DNA from: Catajapyx aquilonaris
Taxonomy: Eukaryota
Assembly: GCA_000934665.2 (NCBI GenBank)
Contig: JYFJ02003165.1
Location: 1 to 45,557 of the forward strand
Direction of reading: 5' to 3'
DNA: 45,557 nt
Part shown: piece by piece, positions 36,413 through 45,557 of the stretch
How the letters are laid out: each line of letters begins with the position of its first letter
How positions within the stretch are numbered: the stretch's first letter is position 1
Program-made: the position numbers and the translations under genes
The notes under the pieces: generated by a model
What the model was told of the DNA's origin: nothing
What the model saw: the letters and a program-made list of their open reading frames with translations, nothing else
Databases searched by the model: none

Positions 36413-39400
36413 GTGAGCTCAGCGGGAGGGAAGGTGGAGAGACCTGGAGGAATTTCACTAACTAGTTGCCTGTGGTGCATGTATTTTCTTTTTTTGGTAT
36501 GGTGATGCTGGGCTCTATGGTGTTGCATAATTGTTGGGAGCTCGTGAGTTTGAAGTCCCAATTGTGTAAGCGTTCACAGTTAGAGAGAAGGGAGTATAGC
36601 TTAGAAGATTGCAGGGTTCGTATGTATATTTATCTGAACGTGAGAATGAAAGGAATGCACACATAAGTAGAATGAGAGACCAATATTTTGGGTGTCAGGG
36701 TGGTTCAAACACATTTTTGGTGCAAGATGAGTCGAATCCGCTTAATTGCATAGTCCTCCGCTTAATCGCATAATCCTGCCAAAAAATGCGTTTATCCGGA
36801 TTTTCCCGTGTGCACTTATAGTGATGCCCAATAATTAGAATAAGCTAAAACTAGTCAGATATCCCCTCTTGGATGTTGGTCTCGTAATTACTGACACATA
36901 ATTTTAACAAAGTTCAATGATTTGTTGCTGTGGAATTTTTGCATAATTTCGTGCACTCATTCTGTGCATGTAACATGCAATGTAACTACCGCCTTGCACC
37001 TTACCAGCCGTTTGGAGCGCCCTTCCATGAGAAATTAGCATACTGGCTGCTAATAACACTTTATCGCATTTTAGTCAAAATGCCTCGGGGTCGCATGAAA
37101 ATGCAACCTAAAAGAGAAACATGCATAGCTAAAAAGGCAGGCAAAATGCAGTTATGCAAATGTTGTGTACAGCCCAAAAAATGTTTTACCTGATAGAATC
37201 CTGCAAGGTTTGAAGTTTCAGATAACGATGATTCTATTGCTGACATTGTTCCCAAAGTTGCTTTGTTGGAAGCTTGCCACGAGTTATGACGTGAGAGTTA
37301 TAGCAGAAAAATTGGCCCCTCTGTTGCACGTGCGACCTCGTATTGCGAAAAAAAATGTGCGAAATTTTGAAACTCTGCCAGAGGAAAAATGTCAGATGAA
37401 ATGCATTTCGAAGTATTTATCCAATCGTGACATGCCCATGTGTAGATCACGACGAAAGAGGAGAGAACACGCATGTCTTCATTTTCTCACCAAGAGAGGA
37501 GGCAAAAAAACCAACGATAAGAAAGGTCACTCGCTTTAACCCTAAAAGGTGTAGAGGCAATAAATCATCGGAAACATACCTTTAAGAAAGTAAAATACTG
37601 GACTTCAGCAACCTTCAACTCACCCTGACATAACCTCGTTTATATTATGAAATTGCTCCCAACCTAATACCATAAAAGTGTTGTAATAATTTTTCCTCAA
37701 CTCGTTTGTTTTGATTTTGCTACTACTTAGCAGTAGCAAAAACCTATCATAAAACCCACTGCCCTTTGCCATCACAAAAGCGAGGGCAAATGAAGGTTAC
37801 GCCCCTTCTGTATTATTTTCATAAGTTTCAGGGATGAATTGGATGGTTAAAATGACATAGCTAGAGCCTTGTGCTCACAATGCTGCTGATTACAATCTTG
37901 AAGCAGTTTGTATTCTATTCAGCGATAGAACAAGGAGCGTCCGCTTCCCTGGTAATCAATTTGCTCTCATAATAGCCAATTAGGTAATAAAACGAGGTCA
38001 GTAATTTGAAGATGCTCATCATGGTAGTCTTTAGCTTCTGTAGACAGGCACTCGCTCAGAAAATGTCAAAATTTTTGAACGGCCAACTTGTTATCTTCAT
38101 TAGCCAGAGCTGGTAATATATAGGCTGTCGTCAGGCTCTTTTTTTAAAAAGGGTTAATGCCTAAGGGTGGTTTAAGCCAAAGTAAATTTTTTATCAACTG
38201 TAACCTGTATGGATTTTTGATACTATGATGTGCCTGGAGCCTGCTGAAAAATTGTAGGGTTGAGCCTAATTGTTTTACTGAACAATGTATGTAACCTGCT
38301 GTATGGAGTTTTGCCCTGATTGTTGCTTTAGGCGTGTAAAATATTTGATCAAATTATCTCCAGGTTCAGAGCTTCTGGGCTAACATTTAATCACGCAACC
38401 TGTGAGAAGTTTATACAGTAGTTAGCCATTTTTCAAATCCATCATTTTTACACCCTTCCGCGGCTGTAGCAGGATGAGATCATCGTTAAGGGAAACTAAT
38501 TATCCTTGTCCACCAATTGATACGGCGAAGGTCGAAAAGAAAAAGTGTTGTGATGATGCGATCAAGGGTATTTCCTTCTCTTCTTATTGTGGGTCATTCG
38601 TTAAGGTTGCGAGTGACAAGTAGCCAGGTGTGATGGCGGTAGTGGAGCATGCACAGATTTTCTTTTGAGGAGATGCAGAATGAGAAAGCGTTTTTAATGG
38701 TATGGCCAACAGTCACGACTTGTGTCGCGACAACTGGTGGCTGTTTTCGTTTGTCGCGATTGTTCACAATAGACGTTACAAAGTGGGGAGAAAAAAAATC
38801 ACTGAATTATTAAAATCGCATGTTGCATTCACTGCATTGTGACAAGTCACATCCCAGAAAGGTGAAGGCTGAAATTATAGGGCTGAATCTGAAAATATTA
38901 TGTCGAATGCAGCAGTGATTTTTTTTTAAACTGCTACTGCTAGTCACTGCTATTTTGAGCAGTGGTCAGTCGCAGTTTATTTATGGAAACTGTGGTTGGC
39001 CACTTTGTTTTCTACCAGCCATTGCTTAATTGCTTCTGGTTAATTCCAACTACAATGCCATATCCGTTGCGAAATGATTTTGGTCCGAAATACGAAGTTG
39101 TGCGCGTCTGGTCCGGAGGCATAATTTCCCATCACGAGCCCATAATTTAAGTGCTGGCTGGCTTCCTCTTTCAACGTGGCATTTAGCAGTAAGCCTCCAA
39201 CCTTGAGCTGTAATAACAGGTGGAGGAAAATACAAAAATAGGGATTGGAGAGAAGCAGGCAGAGGCCCCCCCCTCGAGCAGCTAACTCTACTTTGGGGAA
39301 GGTTTTGTGAGACAACAACAACTGATGCCGTGAGAGGAAATGAATGGTAGCGGAACAATGCTCGTTTGCATAATGGGTCTGACTTAAGCTGATTTTGTGC

Positions 39401-42400
39401 AGAACTCAAGCTTTTTCCCCCCACAAATATTTGTTTATAAAAATTATGAACTGGTGTAGTATGAGTTATTGCTACTGTCACATTCCTGCATTAATTTTTC
39501 GCACGTAGCCTTTTTCCTGAAGCCTCGCCAAAATGCGTGTGTTTTATCCTCGATTGTTATCAACTCATGTCAGGTGCGTAGATGGTGTGCGTGAAATCGG
39601 CAGAATCGGGTGTAAGTTATGCTCGAATAGTCAAAATCGGAGAAAGGGGTGTCCCCCCAGCATGGTTTCCTTCAAAAAGAAAGAAAAAAAAAACTCGTAG
39701 CGTGACGAAACTCCTTACGTGATGTAATGCCTGACAAACTTGTTATAAAACAAGCGAAGCTTGTTGACCCACATGATTATTACATATATCCCCCCACACA
39801 TACGATCGTGTGGTGTTCATTCTCTTTGATTATATTTTCTACCTTCCTGTGCTGCAGCATAAGTTCTCGCTGGTAAATAATTATGTATGCATGAGCCTGC
39901 AAAATTAAAGTGATGCAAAAGAGGGGACGAAAATGAAAGTTGCATGTTCATGACCCCTATACATGTCAGAGAGCACAAAACAAGTACAATTTGGTGCATG
40001 TTTGCCATTATTTTTGCGGAATTGCTGAGCTGTGCGTAAGTGACTTTACAAATTGAGTTTTGTAAACAAGGAAAAATATATTGCTTACACTTAGCACGCA
40101 GTCGTTCGGTGTAGCACTTAAAAAGGTTGGCAGGATGTAATGACCGGTGTTATTGCAAGTACCTATTTTTTTTCCTCATGCTCTCTTGGCAAGCACTGAG
40201 TCGTCAACTTGCTTTTTAGTGGCCGACACTCATAAGCCGTTCAAGAATTTCAAATTAAGTTTTCGGCCACTTATGTAGGCATGACAAGAATTCACACCCT
40301 GTACAAGTTGGCGCAAAATTGTGGATTGTTAAAGCACATATTGGACATGCCGTCAACACATCGAAAATATTAGGGCTGAAAATTTTTGCTCAAACTTAAC
40401 ATCCGTAAAATTACACGGTGTGACTTTTTTCACGATGGGCCTACTAAAAAATTTACACGAATTATGTTCATTCATATTTTTATGAAAATGTTCGCTCAAT
40501 TATTGTACGCAACGTACAGTTCTACTTTGTAGTCATAGACACGTTTACTCCTTGGCTCATTACAAAAACATCGTGACTCTAGGTGTGATATTTACTATTT
40601 ACATGCAGCTTCTTGCACTGACATGAAAACGCACTACAACAATGCCTAAACCTGTGCACTAAAAATCGGAAGGGACCTTGGATGGTTTTTCCATCGAAAC
40701 GATTTATCTAAGCCTTGAAAAAGAGGCCTCCAGGAAGGACGCTTGAAGGCTCTCCTTAGTACAGAATATTGTGAAGAACGTTCCTAGTTTTTTTTGCGTG
40801 CAAAAATAATTATTAATAACGACACCTTTCCACCCTCCCAGCAGTCAATAATCATCCAAGCGTCACAAAACAATAATAAACATGTCTTTGAAGGCTATTC
40901 GGCTTTTGTTTACAACCAGCCAGTTTCATTCATATTCCAGTTTTTTACTAATAAATTCGTTGATCTCGCAGCGTTACACAACAGTTTGCCATTTAAGTTT
41001 TCACTTTGGCCTAATCAAGCCCATGTGATTAGTTCAGCAGGGGTTCTTTTATACATGCAGCACATCAAACATCCTGCACAGTAGGTGGACTAATTTGAAT
41101 TTCCTTGATGGTGTTTGCATCATCGTTGTCGAGATATCTGCATTTTTCACGTCAATGATTCAAGCCAGTCTCTAGCTGAAGAAAAAAAAATCAGGTGCTT
41201 GTTTTTATAACAGTGTGAACACCTCCCATGTAATTTTGATGCTGAGGACGAGAGCATATGAAATGGGGGGAATGGGTTAGTGACTTGGCTTTTGTGGGCT
41301 CCGCATATATTGTTATGCAGTGCAGCTTCCTTGCTTCGTAACTGGATTTGTTGCATGCGCTGATACGGTCTTCGCAGACTAATGAGACCAATCGTATGCT
41401 TCAACTTTCACTCTCCATGCAGCATATGTAGTCAAAAGTCCGGACCTAATGGAGCAAACTACGATAAGGTATGAAACAACAGGGTGTCTGTTAGATAATC
41501 GGGTGTGCCTAAGTGCAATGCACTACAATCATTTGAGTTACTGAATTGAAACGTTGACAGATTCAGGACTGTTCAGTAATGCTCAATATATGAAAAATCG
41601 ACAGTAATACAAAAAATATATATCTATTGCCATGTTCATATCAATATTTCGTTTTCCCCCAAAAATATTGCCGACATGATTATGTCGCAGGCCTGGTCTG
41701 GTCACAATGATCAATGTATGAAAAATCGGTCTTGCAGTCAAATATATTGCAAATACCGAATTTCAGGCTATACATATCGATATACTAAAAAAAACACTGA
41801 ATATAAATTTTTCAAAAAAAAATCATTGCTGTCACCATCTATCGCAAAATGTGTGCAGTAGACGGAAAGAGAATCCAGTCTCCTGCACCTATCATCATCA
41901 TCTTGCCAAAGTCTAAGTGGGCGGAGGATATGGCAACGCCTCTCATTGTTGGTTTTTACCCCTAGCTTGCAACCGGAGGAAAAAATAATGTCAGATATGA
42001 TATATTGCGGGTAATAATTTTTTGGGACTCCTCCACCTCCTCGAAGAATCACGACCATTTTTGTGGTCACATACCAATGCCCTTGTGCAAATAAGTTCAT
42101 CCCCCAACATCAATAAGGAAGGGCAAACACTGTCCTGGAATTTAGGTGTGTGCCCGCATGCTGAAAGGCCTGCTGAAGGCCACACGTTTTGTTTTTCTCC
42201 CTGAAGTAATCAAGCTGTGCTTAAGACATGTGAAAATGTGCCATGTGTTAGCCCCCGAATTCGCGGTCATGTGGAAGAAGTCCCATTTGGCAGGGGGGGG
42301 GGGGNGGGGGGGTTCTTTTTGAAGGCCGACTTCACATGTGGCGTAACCAAAACTGTTTTGAATGGGAGCTTGTTTTTGTTGGGCTCATATGAACGGAAGC

Positions 42401-42649
42401 TCCTCTACACGCGTCGTTTCAATGAATAATGTGGTTCACACTATGCGCAAAAAAAAACTATTATATGAAATGGCTTTCATTTCTTATTGTGCATGAATCA
42501 CGTTGAATTCAAACGTGATCGAGGCCAAGGTGTCGGTACCATGCTGGTATAAGATGCGTTTGTCAGTCTATTGAGAATGCATAATCACGGAGACACGGAG
42601 AGTGGACACCAATAATGAACAATGATATTTAAATATGGTGTACTTATCA

Positions 42650-42714
42650 TCCCTTTTCTCTCTCTTTCTAGGTAAGTGACATCATCCTAAAAATTGGTGG
42701 AAAAAAAGGTAGGC
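42650..42714 (+). promoter_or_regulatory. Recursive splice site (ratchet point) with cryptic 37-nt RP-exon
   Basis: tcccttttctctctctttctAG|GTAAGT (AG 42670-42671), second donor AAG|GTAGGC at 42709. Confidence 0.65.
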
Positions 42715-44151
42715 TGTCTTCTTGGTATTCACTGGGAAAGCTGAGTATTTGGGACAGGATGTTTTCACCCATTGGAAACTACAGAGCTACAGAAACTAGC
42801 AGTTATCTTTGATTTTTTAAAAAACGTGCTAGTATTATCTTGTTTGTTGTTGTGCTTTTGCTGAGCACCCCCTGGGATGGTCGATCTTGGATTTATTTGG
42901 CCTCGGGGCAGAAACGTGAGATCTTCCGAAGAGACGGCCACGTCACAGGATGCCAACCCTTTTTGTTGCAGCCTGAGGGGGTCTCCTTGGCGGCACCAAT
43001 TGAATCAGATATTTTCTTCTCCCAGGAGTGGTCACAATTCTAGCTGCTGCATTATTGGATTTCTAGTGTGTAGATCAGTATTCATCTAGCGTACCCAGCA
43101 AAATCACAATGCATTCTAAAGCTATATCTGGCTTATAGTGTGCTACTTTTTTATGACAAGTTGGCTTATGGAAACTAGAGAGTTTGGATTGCAAAGCCTG
43201 AGATTAATGTCCGTATGATGATGTAGGCAAACTTGCAAAATAGAGTCATTAAATTTGTAATGGAACCGATGGTTTTTCTGGCCATAAGTCAAGGCGACAG
43301 CGGATTCGAATTATAGCTGTGTATGTAACCAGTTGAAAAATTGCGAAAATTAAAGTACGACGTTGCATTGACGTCATTTGGCCTCATCAAAAAATATTGA
43401 TCTGCCAACCATAACAATGGAGCTTTGCACTACAGGGGTTAGTATTACACTGCAGGCTACACAATCGGCTAGTAATGTACACAACCCTGAGTGACGGCCT
43501 TTTTTATCCCATGAACTTGAAATTGACAGTAATTGACGGGGGCCGGACGGGTTAATCACGAATAGCTCGAAATAATTGTTATTGAACCAACCTACGGCCC
43601 TGGCTCGTTTCATCCAAACACTAGTAGCACCCCATGTAAGCACCCCCAAAATTTTTGAAAACATACAACTGGAGGCCTCCGTTTAGTCCGTCTGTCAGAC
43701 AAGCCTCACGAAACACATGGCTGTCATCGAGTTGAGTTATGGACGCCGTTAGGCGCCACTTTCACCTCAGTCACCACTCAATTTTTTATTACTTTTTTTT
43801 AAAAGTTCCTTTGGAGCCCACCCGACTAAGGTCCCCATTTTGAGAACGCCTTTTACGTAATCTCCTCCCAGTGTATCTGATGTCAGTGGGAGGACCCAGG
43901 CGACACACACGCCATGTGTGTGTGCATGAACGCACGAGACTTTCACTAGGTGTAATCAACGCGAAATAGGACGCGCGACCAGTGTATTTTGATGCCCCTG
44001 GACATTAGTATGATCGGACAGGTGACATGACCGGATACTGCACTATCATTGTAGTGAACGGTATAAATTGTGCCACATACTGATATGAAGGTGCACGTAT
44101 TTGTCCGGATTTTCCTATAGAGTTAAGTCGCACTCCATCATTCTGTACTTT

Positions 44152-44233
44152 TCAGTCCGGATAATCGCTACTAAAAACAAGTGCGCTAGTGAGATAGCCT
44201 CAGGCTAGTCTTCTTCTTCCATCATTCGCTCGG
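44152..44233 (+). other. Candidate short non-coding first exon
   Basis: TCAGTC at 44152, donor CGG|GTGAGT at 44234, GC-rich downstream patch; no ATG. Confidence 0.25.
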
Positions 44234-44689
44234 GTGAGTGCTCCCTTTGGAAGCTGCCACTAAAAGGATGATGATCCTAATAGTTGGCAGAGCAGAAGCA
44301 GCCCCAGCTTCAGAGACTTTGCTTCGGAGGGGGAGAGAGAGAGTGTGTCGGCGAACTCGGGAGTTGGCACAGGGGCCTGGGGTCGATATTGCAGCACCAT
44401 ATTACAAGTTAGAGGGCGTAGTGGCGTCTGCCCACACGCCACGCCTACTCCTGGTGCTCTCAGAGCTCGATCACTTTTCCCCTTTTCCAACCTTTTTCAC
44501 CTCCGTGGGGTTCACCGAGAACGAGCTCTTAGTTGCCTGGGGGACATCTGAGGTTGAAAATCGCGGTTTCTGATGGAAATAGCAGTTTAGTATTAATTCC
44601 GCGATAAAAATAACCGTTATTAATAGCAGCTATTTTGTTCAAATCACCGCAATTTTTGAACTTTTTCCTACTTTTGCAGGCAGATCACA

Positions 44690-45557
44690 GTTATTTTTAA
44701 AAGCAGTACCAATGATAGCTGTGGGTCGAATATCACTTTTTGTCCACCTTTAACGGCTACTTTTTCATACCAATCGCAATTATTTAAAAAAGCAGTAGCG
44801 ATGATAGCTGTGGGTGGAAAGCAAAGTCACTTTTTGTCCACCCTTAACCGCTACTTTTGTATACAAATGAAGTTATTTTAAAAAGCAGTAGCAATGTTAG
44901 CTGTGGGTCGAAAATAACTTTTTGTCCACTTTAACCGCTACTTTTTATACCAATCGCAGTTATTGTTAAAAGCAGTAGCAATGATAGCTGTGGGTCGAAA
45001 ATCACTTTTTGTCCACCTTTAACGGCTACTTTTTCATACCAATCGCAATTATTTTTAAAAAGCAGTAGCAATGATAGCGGTGGGTGGAAAGTCACTGTTT
45101 GTCTACCCCTGACCGCTAGTTTTGCATACAAACCGCAGTTATTTTTAAAAGCAGTAGCAATGATAGCTGTGGGTCGAAAATCACTTTTTATCCACCCTTA
45201 ACCGCTCCTTTTGTATACAAATAGCAGTTATTTTAAAAAGCAGTAGCAATGATAGCTGTGGGTCGAATATCACTTTTTGTCCACCTTTAACGGCTACTTT
45301 TTCATACCAATCGCAATTATTTAAAAAAGCAGTAGCAATGATAGCTGTGGGTGGAAAGCAAAGTCACTTTTTGTCCACCCTTAACCGCTACTTTTGTATA
45401 CAAATGAAGTTATTTTAAAAAGCAGTAGCAATGTTAGCTGTGGGTCGAAAATAACTTTTTGTCCACTTTAACCGCTACTTTTTCATACCAATCGCAGTTA
45501 TTTTTAAAAGCAGTAGCAATGATAGCTGTGGGTCGAAAATCACTTTTTGTCCACCTT
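44690..45557. repeat. Tandem satellite, about 89-bp monomer (87-93), more than 9 copies, running off the window end
   Basis: AGCAGT anchors at 44702, 44791, 44884, 44971, 45061, 45150, 45239, 45328, 45421, 45509. Confidence 0.97.

Noticed and set aside
41514..41532. Resemblance to the reverse complement of miR-33
   Set aside because: Two deletions including the seed region, and no precursor hairpin
31343..42312. Single N bases inside poly-C/poly-G runs (near 31356, 33824, 42305)
   Set aside because: Homopolymer sequencing ambiguity, not biology
44238..44573. 111-aa ORF in a GC-rich patch
   Set aside because: Begins inside a donor site, no homology recognised, no closing donor

Overview
Eukaryotic (animal, probably arthropod) genomic DNA: spliceosomal introns, TCAGT-type initiators, no prokaryotic features. 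(1) 786-987 (+) is the last coding exon of an Arg/Glu/Asp-dipeptide-rich RNA-processing protein, most like CPSF6, followed by a long 3' region. (2) A complete 5-coding-exon FKBP4/FKBP59-type immunophilin lies on the minus strand (8937->7177, 460 aa when spliced by hand), with a perfect heat-shock element upstream. (3) From about 9.4 kb to the end there is no recognisable conserved protein domain. This stretch looks like the long 5' region of a plus-strand gene whose common coding exons would lie beyond the window. It holds several candidate alternative first exons, four of them ATG-initiated and all ending in phase 2, plus a textbook recursive-splicing ratchet point (polypyrimidine-AG|GTAAGT) with a cryptic 37-nt exon at 42.67 kb. 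Repeats include palindromic MITEs (one nested), a compound microsatellite, a 29-bp hairpin minisatellite and an 89-bp satellite with 3-mer/6-mer higher-order structure; three of these families share a TAGC/GCTAC core. Most ORFs in the supplied track are spurious. All calls were made by eye; no searches were run.
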